This document shows positions 20,583 to 28,658 of a stretch of DNA of 64,000 bases, one piece after another. Source of the DNA: Thermoanaerobaculia bacterium. GTDB taxonomy: Bacteria > Acidobacteriota > Thermoanaerobaculia > Multivoradales > JAHEKO01. The number at the start of each line of letters is the position of its first letter. Within the stretch, counting starts at the first letter, position 1. The position numbers and the translations under genes are program-made. The notes under the pieces are model-generated. The model saw only the letters and a list, made by a program, of their open reading frames with translations. It was not told the DNA's origin and ran no database searches. The stretch covers positions 3,659 through 67,658 of the forward strand of contig CALZKB010000010.1 of assembly GCA_945787575.1 (NCBI GenBank), read 5' to 3'.

Positions 20583-21302
20583 CCAGGATTCTCGTCACCA
20601 ACGACGACGGCGTCTTCTCGGAGGGAATCAAGCTGCTCGCCGAAGCGCTCGAGCCGGTCGCCGAGGTGTGGGTCGTGGCCCCCGACCGCGAGCAGAGCGC
20701 CATGGGCCACGCCCTCACGCTCCACCGGCCTTTGAGAATGCGCCCATTGAGAGAGCGCGTCTATTCCGTGGACGGTACCCCGACCGACTGCGTGAACCTC
20801 GGAGTCCTGTCGCTGCTCAAGGACTCGCCCCCCGATCTGGTGGTCTCCGGCATCAACTTCGGCCTCAATCTCGGCGACGACGTGACCTACTCGGGGACGG
20901 TGAGCGCGACCTTCGAGGGAACCCTGATGGGGATCCCGTCGGTGGCGTTCAGTCAGCAGGTCGCGAAATCGTTCTCGTTCGCGCCGGCGGCCGAGTACGC
21001 GGGTCGCTTCATCTCCGTTCTCCTCCAGAACGAGCTCCCCGACGATCTGCTGCTGAACGTGAATTTCCCGGCGCCGCTACCATCAGTCCGTCGTCGAGAA
21101 GCTCGATCCCAGTGGAAGGGAGTACTACTGGATCGCCGGAACTCCCGTATGGGACAAGTCGGAAGGTTCGGATCAGGACGCCGTCGAGGAGGGCTTCGTC
21201 TCTATCACGCCGCTGCACTTGGATCAGACAGACTACCGGGGTCACGGGTCGTATGGGTCGCTCGAGGCCCAGCTGACCGAACAGGAAGCGGACGAGCGTT
21301 GA
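20579..21302 (+). pseudogene. surE: 5'/3'-nucleotidase SurE, reading frame interrupted by an internal indel
   Basis: MTRILVTNDDG...LLNVNFPA is in the frame of ATG 20579. The conserved C-terminus (RRRYHQSVVEKLDPSGREYYWIAG...GFVSITPLHLDQTDY, stop 21300-21302) is in the next frame. That frame is closed by a TGA at 21060-21062, so the switch lies at about 21063-21080. Confidence 0.8.
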
Positions 21303-21958
21303 ATCGCGATCCCGGATATCAGAGGCAGCGAATGGTCGAGCGCCTGCGAGCGGAGTTCGGCATCGATGATGCTCGCGTCCTTGCAGCGATGGGCAGGGTA
21401 CCGCGCCACGACTTCGTCAGCGGACCCCTTCGCACCCAGTCTTACAGCCTCCATGCTCTGCCCATCGGGGAGGAGCAGACGATCTCGCAGCCGGCGGTGG
21501 TGGCGAGAATGAGCGAGGTTCTCAAGGTCGAGACCGAGCACAGCGTGCTCGAGGTGGGCACCGGCTCCGGGTACCAGACCGCGATCCTGGCGGAGCTCGC
21601 ACGCCGCGTCTACAGCTTGGAGATCGTGCCCAGCCTCGCCAAAACGGCGATCGACCGGATCCGCACCCTGGGGTATGACAACGTGAAGATCCAGATCTTC
21701 GACGGCACTGTCGGCTGGAGCGACGTCGCCCCGTTTGACCGTATCCTCGTGACGGCGGGCGCCCCTGAGCTCCCCGCACCGTTGCTCGAGCAGCTCGCGG
21801 AGGGTGGTCGGTTGGTCATTCCCGAAGGCGACCGCGAACGCCAGCGCCTCGTCATCTACGACAAGAACGGAGACAAGGTCCGTCGGACGGAGGGCGAGGA
21901 CGTGGCATTCGTTCCCCTCGTCGGTCGCCACGGCTGGGAAGGGAGCGCTCGGGGTTGA
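21299..21958 (+). CDS. pcm: protein-L-isoaspartate O-methyltransferase
   Basis: VPRHDFV, QTISQP, and the SAM motif LEVGTGSGYQTAILAEL. The start is either TTG 21299 (TTGA overlap with the surE stop) or ATG 21332. Confidence 0.9.
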   Translation: MNRDPGYQRQRMVERLRAEFGIDDARVLAAMGRVPRHDFVSGPLRTQSYSLHALPIGEEQTISQPAVVARMSEVLKVETEHSVLEVGTGSGYQTAILAELARRVYSLEIVPSLAKTAIDRIRTLGYDNVKIQIFDGTVGWSDVAPFDRILVTAGAPELPAPLLEQLAEGGRLVIPEGDRERQRLVIYDKNGDKVRRTEGEDVAFVPLVGRHGWEGSARG

Positions 21959-22581
21959 GGGAGCTCTGGGACAACGTCCACGAACTGCTCCGCGACCTGC
22001 TCCATTGGGTGGAGGGGCTGGCGCAGACTCAAACCGCTGAGTGGGCGCTGTTTGGCATCGCTTTCGCGGAGAGCAGTTTCTTCCCGGTTCCGCCTGACGT
22101 GCTCCTGATCGCACTCTGCCTCGTGGATCCTCCGCGCGCGCTGTGGTTCGCCGTGATCTGCAGCGTCGGTTCGGTGCTTGGCGGCATTGCCGGTTACGGG
22201 GTCGGATACTGGGGCGGGCGACCGGTGGTGAATCGGATGTTCGACCCGAAGCGAGTCGCCGCGGTGAGCCGCCTGTACGACAAGTACAACGCCTGGGCGA
22301 CGGGAGTCGGCGGCCTGACGCCGCTCCCGTACAAGATCTTCACGATCTCGGCAGGTGCGCTGGCGGTCGACCTCCGGATCTTCGTCCTCGCCTCGATCGT
22401 TGCCAGAAGCGCCCGCTTCTTCGCCGTGGCGGGGTTGATCTTCTGGCTGGGCGAACCAGCGAGGCTCTTTATCGAGCGTTACCTCAACATCTTGACGATC
22501 GCCTTCGTCGTCCTGCTGATCGGGAGCTTCTGGCTGCTTTCTCGGTGGTCGACTCGGAGTGCCGACAGGGTGGGTGACTAG
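21955..22581 (+). CDS. YqaA/DedA-like (SNARE-associated, VTT domain) membrane protein
   Basis: FAESSFFPVPPDVLL and GYGVGYWGGRP motifs and multiple TM segments. TTG start overlaps the pcm stop (TTGA). Confidence 0.7.
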   Translation: MRELWDNVHELLRDLLHWVEGLAQTQTAEWALFGIAFAESSFFPVPPDVLLIALCLVDPPRALWFAVICSVGSVLGGIAGYGVGYWGGRPVVNRMFDPKRVAAVSRLYDKYNAWATGVGGLTPLPYKIFTISAGALAVDLRIFVLASIVARSARFFAVAGLIFWLGEPARLFIERYLNILTIAFVVLLIGSFWLLSRWSTRSADRVGD

Positions 22582-22625
22582 CTGCGGCGCGTGGAGGAGC
22601 AGTGGAGCCTTCGGCGCCGAGCACG

Positions 22626-22631
22626 TATAAT
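22626..22631 (+). promoter_or_regulatory. candidate -10 box (TATAAT) for tRNA-Arg
   Basis: A perfect TATAAT sits 13 nt upstream of the mature tRNA 5' end in an otherwise GC-rich spacer. The -35 region is only weak (TGGAGC at 17-nt spacing). Confidence 0.35.
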
Positions 22632-22644
22632 CCCGCCGCCACGC

Positions 22645-22721
22645 GCGGCTGTAGCTCAGGTGGATAGAGCGGAGGTTTCCTAAACCTTAGGTCGGGGGTT
22701 CGAGTCCTCCCAGCCGCACCA
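22645..22721 (+). tRNA. tRNA-Arg (anticodon CCT), CCA encoded
   Basis: Folded by hand. The 7-bp acceptor stem is GCGGCTG/CAGCCGC and the D arm is GCTC/GAGC. The anticodon stem GAGGT/ACCTT carries the loop TTCCTAA (CCT). The T arm is GGGGG/CCTCC with a TTCGAGT loop, followed by discriminator A and CCA. Total length is 77 nt. Confidence 0.95.
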
Positions 22722-22766
22722 GAGCCTTGGCGACCGATCCCGCAAAACCGACGAGGAACCCGGAGC

Positions 22767-23441
22767 ATGAGTCACCGATTGACGCGAAAAGAGATGAAGC
22801 GGGACGAGGTCCTGGAGGGGCTGGCGCGCTTCGTCGAATTCCTGCGAGCCAACGGCAAGCAGCTCGGCCTCGGCCTCGTGGCGCTGCTGCTGGCCGTCGC
22901 CGGCTTCGCGGCCTGGAAGGCGGTCGAGGCCAGCAGGGAAGAGCGGGCGAATCTGCGTCTCGCAGAGGCGCTTTCCACGGTCGAGGAGAGCGCCGGCGGG
23001 AACCTCGAGGCGGCTCGCTCCGCTCTCGAGGCGGTCGTCGTCGATGTCGGCGGAACCCGGGCCGGTGCGGTGGCCCACGTCTATCTCGGTACTCTCGCCG
23101 CCCGCGGCGCCGACTACGTCTCGGCGCGCGAGCATTGGGAGGCCTTCCTGGCGAAGCACTCGAACGATGCGCTGGCCGCGCAAGTCGAGCGCAACCTGAT
23201 TTCCCTCGATCGAGCCGAAGGTAGGGACGAGGAGCTCGTCGAGCGGCTGCGTGGCATGCTGGCGACCGAATCGGGGGCCCTCGGCGCGGATGCGGTGCTC
23301 TGGGAGCTGGGGCGGACCTTGGAGCAGCTGGGCCAAGTCGAGGGGGCCATCGAGACCTACTCACGCCTCGAAGAGGAGTATCCCGCCTCGCTCTACGCCG
23401 GCCGCGCGCGCGAGCGCAACGCCAGCCTCGAGACCTCCTGA
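22767..23441 (+). CDS. membrane-anchored tetratricopeptide-repeat protein (YfgM-like)
   Basis: One N-terminal TM segment (LGLGLVALLLAVAGFAAW) followed by Ala/Leu/Glu-rich TPR-like helical repeats. Confidence 0.6.
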   Translation: MSHRLTRKEMKRDEVLEGLARFVEFLRANGKQLGLGLVALLLAVAGFAAWKAVEASREERANLRLAEALSTVEESAGGNLEAARSALEAVVVDVGGTRAGAVAHVYLGTLAARGADYVSAREHWEAFLAKHSNDALAAQVERNLISLDRAEGRDEELVERLRGMLATESGALGADAVLWELGRTLEQLGQVEGAIETYSRLEEEYPASLYAGRARERNASLETS

Positions 23442-23492
23442 AAGCTCGGCGGCCGAGAGCAGATCCCGCAGCGAGCCCGCTGCCAACGACGG

Positions 23493-24662
23493 TCAGGAGG
23501 AGCTGCGGCCGAAGTTGCTGGCCAGTTCCGCGAAGTCCCGCCCGTTGATCACGCCGTTGCCGTCGATGTCGGCGGTCTTCGAGTAGCGCGGCTCGCCGTC
23601 GCGCGCACCGAAGGCGATGGCGAGAATCACAAGGTCGACTCCGTCGACTCGGCAGCTCTTGTTGAGATCGCCGTTGAGGATCCTCCCCCCATCGACCCTG
23701 TATTCGACGAGCGCCTTCTCGGCAACATTGGCTGGGTCGGCGAGATCCGAAGCTTCGAATCCGAGGCGGGCGAAACAGCTGAGGCTGTCGGCGGTGGCTT
23801 GGTGGGTCAGGACCCGCCGACGCATGTTGCCCGTGTGATCGGTCTCGATCGGCTGGCCGTTGATCGTGAGCGTGACGGTCTCGGCGTCGATGCCCGTACC
23901 CAGGTCGTAGATCACGAGCTCGATCTTCTGACCCGGTCTGAGCTCGGGCACCCGGAAGCCGGGAAGCAGCTCCCCGACCGATGGGCTCTCGCTATCGATG
24001 CCGCTGAAGTGATCGTAGAAGGCGTCCGCCATGTGGGCGAAGCCGGCGGCGTTGGGATGGCCAACGACGTCGTTCGTGCCTCCCGCGTAGAGGTCGAGAA
24101 TCGCTCGCGGCTCATAGAAGAAGAGATCGTAGACGTCGACCATCGCGCGTCGCTGCCGAAATGCCAGCTCGCGGATCAGCCGGGTGGCGCCGAAGGTGAT
24201 GGCGTTGGAGCTGTCCCGCCTGACATAAGGGGGGCGGGGCAGCAGGGTCCCCAAAGTGACGTCGAGACCGGCGTTGGCGGCGCGGTTCGCCATCGCGGCG
24301 AGGTTGGCCTCGATACTCTCGAGCGAGATCAACCCTTCGTTCACCAGGTCGACGTCGTTGCTCCCCTCCATGATGACGATCGCGTCACCCCCGTGGTTGG
24401 AGAGGACGCCGAGAAGCCGGCTCAACCCCTCGGAGGTCGTTTCGCCGTCGCGCCCGAGATTGCGAACCTCCGCATCGGGGTTGTCGGCTCGCAGCTTGAC
24501 CTCCAGCCGTCCGGGGTACCCTCCCCGATTCTCCTCGTCGAACCGTCGATCGCCCCTCGTGATGCTGTCGCCGAAGGCGAGGACGACGAATTTGGGCGCG
24601 GCGGCGGCGCCCGCCGCCACCGATAGCAGAGCGAGAAAGGCCGCGAAGGTCGCCAGCCTCAC
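23493..24662 (-). CDS. secreted SGNH/GDSL hydrolase with C-terminal dockerin-type repeats
   Basis: Signal peptide, then SGNH blocks FGDSIT, MEGSNDV and a distal DVVGHPN. The C-terminus carries two EF-hand-like dockerin loops (DLNKSCRVDGVDLVILAIAFG, DIDGNGVINGRDFAELASNFG). GTG 24662 gives a GTGA overlap with the upstream gene; the longer ORF start is at 24677. Confidence 0.75.
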   Translation of the reverse strand: MRLATFAAFLALLSVAAGAAAAPKFVVLAFGDSITRGDRRFDEENRGGYPGRLEVKLRADNPDAEVRNLGRDGETTSEGLSRLLGVLSNHGGDAIVIMEGSNDVDLVNEGLISLESIEANLAAMANRAANAGLDVTLGTLLPRPPYVRRDSSNAITFGATRLIRELAFRQRRAMVDVYDLFFYEPRAILDLYAGGTNDVVGHPNAAGFAHMADAFYDHFSGIDSESPSVGELLPGFRVPELRPGQKIELVIYDLGTGIDAETVTLTINGQPIETDHTGNMRRRVLTHQATADSLSCFARLGFEASDLADPANVAEKALVEYRVDGGRILNGDLNKSCRVDGVDLVILAIAFGARDGEPRYSKTADIDGNGVINGRDFAELASNFGRSSS

Positions 24663-25690
24663 GGAACCGCCTCCCAATCGAGGGCGACCTCGCCCTGCCG
24701 GTGCGGCCAGACGAAGGCCGGTCCCGATCGGCCCGTCTCATTCAGGACCGGAGCTTCGCGAGACTCTTCGACGACGCTGGCGAAGCGCGTCGGGCGCCCG
24801 TCGGGCCTCAAGTCGAAGGCGGTCCAACCGCCGGGGTAGGCATTGCGAACGAGAAGATAGTCCCCGGACGCCACCCGTCGGAAGGTCGGAAAGAGGCCGC
24901 CGCGGCCGCCCACCCTGCGCGGCGGCGACCAGGCCCCGTTCTCGAAGCGGGAGAGCACGACCTGGTACTCGCCCTCGAGACGACTCCACGCCGCCAGCGC
25001 GCCGCCCGCAACCGGCAGCAGATCGGGCATGACGTCGGGCACCGAGTTGTTCTTTGCCACGCGTCGCGGCGCACTCCAGGCGCCGTCCGGGAAGCGCCGT
25101 GACCAGACGATCTCGTCATCGCGGCCGTCGTGGCGGCTCCACACCAAGAGCCAACTGCCGTCGTCGAGGATCCGCCCGGCGAGGCCCGATTGGCTCCCAC
25201 GGTGAGGGACCGCCACCGTCTCGCTCTTCTGGAAGCCGAGTCCGTTCAGCTCGGCGACTCGGACGGACAGCTGCCCGAAGCTGTCGCCCTCGAGCCAGGC
25301 GATGCCGCCGAGACCTTTCTCGCCGGCGAGGGCGACCGGCCGCGTCCGCAGCGAGCCTGCGCGATCGGCAGGAGGCGTCAGACGGCGAGGTCCTCTCCCT
25401 AGGTCAGCGACGAGGGCGAGGGCCTGGCCGCGTCGGTCGGGACGGATTCCCGTCGCCAGCCAGCCTTGGGGGAGCTCGGAAAAAGCGAGCCAGCGCTCGT
25501 CGCTTCGCACCCGGAAGGAACGCCGCGCGCCGTCCGGAGCGATGACCCGGGCCCGCCGCCCTTGAACCTGAAAAGTCCAGCCACGCTCCATCACCTTCGC
25601 CTGGAGCGCACGGGCGGGCTCGCGGGGCGCCGAGGTCGCGGCCTGCGCCACCATCAGCGAAACGAGTGTCAGGAGCGCTCGGCGCGTCAT
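24659..25690 (-). CDS. secreted hypothetical protein with degenerate BNR/Asp-box-like repeats (probable beta-propeller)
   Basis: Signal peptide (LLTLVSLMVAQAATSA) and repeated WS-containing units (FPDGAWSAPRRV, FENGAWSPPRRV, LLVWSRHDG). Confidence 0.5.
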   Translation of the reverse strand: MTRRALLTLVSLMVAQAATSAPREPARALQAKVMERGWTFQVQGRRARVIAPDGARRSFRVRSDERWLAFSELPQGWLATGIRPDRRGQALALVADLGRGPRRLTPPADRAGSLRTRPVALAGEKGLGGIAWLEGDSFGQLSVRVAELNGLGFQKSETVAVPHRGSQSGLAGRILDDGSWLLVWSRHDGRDDEIVWSRRFPDGAWSAPRRVAKNNSVPDVMPDLLPVAGGALAAWSRLEGEYQVVLSRFENGAWSPPRRVGGRGGLFPTFRRVASGDYLLVRNAYPGGWTAFDLRPDGRPTRFASVVEESREAPVLNETGRSGPAFVWPHRQGEVALDWEAVP

Positions 25691-25751
25691 TGGGGAATCC
25701 TATGGGCCACCTCGAGGGGTGTCAACGAAGGTCCGCTCCTCGCCGGGCGGC

Positions 25752-25780
25752 TTGTCGCCTCGGACACGAGTCCCTATGAT
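25752..25780 (+). promoter_or_regulatory. sigma70-type promoter of cinA (TTGTCG - 17 nt - TATGAT)
   Basis: -35 TTGTCG (25752-25757), a 17-nt spacer, and -10 TATGAT (25775-25780). The cinA GTG start at 25787 lies 6 nt after the -10 with no Shine-Dalgarno sequence, which fits a leaderless transcript. Confidence 0.4.
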
Positions 25781-25786
25781 CTCGCA

Positions 25787-27007
25787 GTGCGCGCGGCGAT
25801 TCTGGCGGTCGGCTCGGAACTCCTGGGGTCCGACCGGCTCGACACCAATTCCCTGGGGCTGACGGCGGTTCTCGAGCGTTACGGCGTCGAGCTGGCGGGA
25901 AAGCTGGTGATCGCCGACGATATCCATGAGATCGCCCAAGCGGTCGAGGTGGTGTCGGCCCGTGTCGACCTTATCCTCGTCACCGGCGGACTCGGTCCAA
26001 CCGCGGACGACGTGACCCGCGAGGCGGTCGCTCGAGCGACCGGGCTTCCCTTGCTCGAGGAGGGGAGGATCGTCGATGATATCCGCCGCAAGTTCGATCG
26101 CCTGGGGCGCGAGATGCCGGAGAGCAATCGCCGGCAGGCCCTGGTGCCGGAGGGTGCGGTGGTGCTCGACAACGCACGTGGTACCGCGCCAGGGCTTCGC
26201 GTCGATCACGGCGAAGTCGTGCTCTTCCTGTTCCCCGGCGTCCCTCGCGAGCTCGAGGTGATGGTCGCACACCATTTCGAGCCGTGGCTGGCAGTTCGTT
26301 CGACGAAGGCATCTCGCCGACGGACCATCTTGCGAGTCGCCTGCCTGCCCGAGTCCGAGGTGGAAGACCGACTGAAACCGGTCTACGAAGCTCACGGCGC
26401 GCTCGGAATCCTCGCCTCTCCCGGTGACGTCCGGATCCGTTTGGACGCAACCGATGGGCCGACCCTGGAGCGGCTCGAGAGAGCGGTGCGGGAGGCGTTG
26501 GGAAGCGCCGTCTACGGGCGCGACGAAGAGCTGCTCGAGCAGACGGTGGGCGGCCTGCTTCGCGAGCGAGAGTGGACCCTCGTCACCGCGGAGTCGTGCA
26601 CCGGCGGATGGATCGCGCAGCGGATGACCGCCATACCCGGGAGCAGCGACTATTTTCTGGGAGGCATCGTCGCCTACGACGACCGGATCAAGAGAGAGTT
26701 CCTGGGGGTTTCGCAGGAGGATCTGGTCGCGCACGGAGCGGTGAGTCGAGCCGTCGTCGAGACGATGGCTCGAGAGGCTCGGTCCCGTTTCGGCAGTGAC
26801 CTCGGGGTGGCTGTCAGCGGAATCGCGGGCCCGGGCGGCGGCAGTGAGGAAAAGCCGGTGGGGACGGTCGACGTCGCGCTGGCGGGACCCGACATGGCGG
26901 GACGCTACCGTCGGCTCCGACTCCCCGGGGATCGCGAGATCGTCCGACTCCTGACCACCCAGTGGGCCCTCGATATGGCTCGTCGTTTTCTCTTGGAGGG
27001 GTCGTGA
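25787..27007 (+). CDS. cinA: competence/damage-inducible protein CinA (MoCF-binding domain + PncC-type nicotinamide-nucleotide amidase domain)
   Basis: VRAAILAVGSELLGSDRLDTNS, ILVTGGLGPTADD, and the C-terminal TAESCTGGWIAQRM. No in-frame start exists between 25703 and GTG 25787. Confidence 0.88.
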   Translation: MRAAILAVGSELLGSDRLDTNSLGLTAVLERYGVELAGKLVIADDIHEIAQAVEVVSARVDLILVTGGLGPTADDVTREAVARATGLPLLEEGRIVDDIRRKFDRLGREMPESNRRQALVPEGAVVLDNARGTAPGLRVDHGEVVLFLFPGVPRELEVMVAHHFEPWLAVRSTKASRRRTILRVACLPESEVEDRLKPVYEAHGALGILASPGDVRIRLDATDGPTLERLERAVREALGSAVYGRDEELLEQTVGGLLREREWTLVTAESCTGGWIAQRMTAIPGSSDYFLGGIVAYDDRIKREFLGVSQEDLVAHGAVSRAVVETMAREARSRFGSDLGVAVSGIAGPGGGSEEKPVGTVDVALAGPDMAGRYRRLRLPGDREIVRLLTTQWALDMARRFLLEGS

Positions 27008-27029
27008 TCCACCTGCGACGAGCGGTCCA

Positions 27030-27641
27030 GTGACCGGAGAGGCCCTCATCGCCGTCGCCTTTGCGTACGTCCTGGGGGGACTCCCGTCGAGCTACTGGAT
27101 GGTCCGGTGGCGCCAGGGGAGCGACGTGAGGCTGGTGGGTAGCGGCAATCCGGGCGCCACCAACGTGCTCCGCGTAGCGGGAGTCTCCGCCGCCGTCCCC
27201 GTGCTCGTCGTCGATGTCGGAAAGGGAGTCCTCGCCATCGTGGCGGCTCGTTGGCTCGGTCTTGGGGAGACCCAGCTCGGTGCCGTGGGCGCGGCGGCGG
27301 TGGTCGGGCACATCTTTCCCGTCTGGTTGCGCTTCAAGGGCGGCAAGGGAGTGGCGACGGCGGGCGGGGTGTTCGTCGCACTGGCGCCCATCGCCTTCGG
27401 GGTCGCGGCCTTGGCGTTCCTGGTGGTCGTGGTCGCTACCCGAATCGTATCGCTGGCTTCTCTCGCAGCCGCCGTGGCTCTGCCGATCGTCCTCTGGCGT
27501 CTCGGGGCGGCGGACCCGGCTTTGATAGCTTGGAGCGTCTTGATCGCTGGGATTGTTGCCGCACGGCACCACGAGAACATCGGCCGATTGCGCCGGGGCA
27601 CCGAGCCGAGACTCGCCCTGGGCGTGCGGGAGGACGGCTAG
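27030..27641 (+). CDS. plsY: glycerol-3-phosphate acyltransferase PlsY
   Basis: GSGNPGATNVLR and FKGGKGVAT motifs in a multi-TM protein. Confidence 0.9.
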   Translation: MTGEALIAVAFAYVLGGLPSSYWMVRWRQGSDVRLVGSGNPGATNVLRVAGVSAAVPVLVVDVGKGVLAIVAARWLGLGETQLGAVGAAAVVGHIFPVWLRFKGGKGVATAGGVFVALAPIAFGVAALAFLVVVVATRIVSLASLAAAVALPIVLWRLGAADPALIAWSVLIAGIVAARHHENIGRLRRGTEPRLALGVREDG

Positions 27642-28658
27642 ATGGCCGAGCGTCCCGTCGGTGTGCTGGGCGCGGGGTCGTGGGGCACCGCCTTGGCGGT
27701 GTACTGCGCGACGCTGGGGCGCCCGGTGCGATTGTGGGGGAGAGATGCGGAATCTTCCGAAGCGGTCGAGCGCTCTCGACGGAGCGACCGCTATCTTCCT
27801 GGAATCGAGCTGCCCGATGCAGTCAGGGTAGGCTCGGATCTTTCTCAAATGATCGGGTGCGACCCCGTTTTGGTCGTCGTTCCCTCCCACGTGTTCCGGG
27901 TGGTCGTGCGCGATTATCTCGACGCGACGCCTGCTCGGGAGGAGCGGACGTTGATCTCCGCCAGCAAGGGCATCGAGGTCGAAGGGCACACTCGGATGAG
28001 TGAGGTCATCGAGCAGGAAGCGCGACGGGCCCGCCGATCGGTGGCAGTCGCCAGCCTCTCGGGTCCGACCTTCGCTGAGGAGCTGGCCCGCGGGATCCCC
28101 AGCGCCGCGGTGATCGCTGCCCGTGAGGAATCGCTAGCCGAGAGTCTCTGCGAGGAGTTCTCGAGCGGCCGCTTCCGGCTCTACTCCTCGACCGACCTCA
28201 CCGGCGTGGAGCTCGGCGGGACGACCAAGAACGTCATCGCCATCGGCGCCGGAATGCTCCGAGGTCTCGGCCTCGGGCACAATACGAGGGCCGCTCTGAT
28301 CACCCGCGGACTGCGTGAGATCACGCGGCTGGGCGTAGCCTCCGGAGGCCTCCCGGAGACCTTCGCCGGTCTCGCCGGCCTCGGCGACCTCGTACTCACC
28401 TGCACGGGAGGTGCTTCGCGCAACCTTCAGGCGGGCGTGGCCATTGCCGCGGGCAAGACGCTCGAGCAGATCCAAGGCGAGGCGGCGATGGTGGCCGAGG
28501 GCCTGATCAACACCCGTTCGGTGGCACTCCTGGCGCGAGATCTCGGCGTCGAGATGCCGATCACCGAACAGATGGATGCAGTGATCTATGGTGGGCAGGA
28601 GCCGGCGAGGGCGCTGGAGGAGCTGATGACGAGGGATCTGAGGGCGGAGGTCGAATGA
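27642..28658 (+). CDS. gpsA: NAD(P)H-dependent glycerol-3-phosphate dehydrogenase
   Basis: GAGSWGTALA Rossmann motif, LSGPTFAEE, and GGTTKNVIAIGAG. It starts directly after the plsY stop. Confidence 0.92.
   Translation: MAERPVGVLGAGSWGTALAVYCATLGRPVRLWGRDAESSEAVERSRRSDRYLPGIELPDAVRVGSDLSQMIGCDPVLVVVPSHVFRVVVRDYLDATPAREERTLISASKGIEVEGHTRMSEVIEQEARRARRSVAVASLSGPTFAEELARGIPSAAVIAAREESLAESLCEEFSSGRFRLYSSTDLTGVELGGTTKNVIAIGAGMLRGLGLGHNTRAALITRGLREITRLGVASGGLPETFAGLAGLGDLVLTCTGGASRNLQAGVAIAAGKTLEQIQGEAAMVAEGLINTRSVALLARDLGVEMPITEQMDAVIYGGQEPARALEELMTRDLRAEVE

Noticed and set aside
20225-21958. Single 577-codon ORF that might be read as one large novel protein.
   Set aside because: It is a composite. 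It consists of out-of-frame read-through of the mtnP 3' region, the SurE N-terminal half, about 75 nonsense codons created by the surE frame break, and then the complete pcm gene in the same frame.
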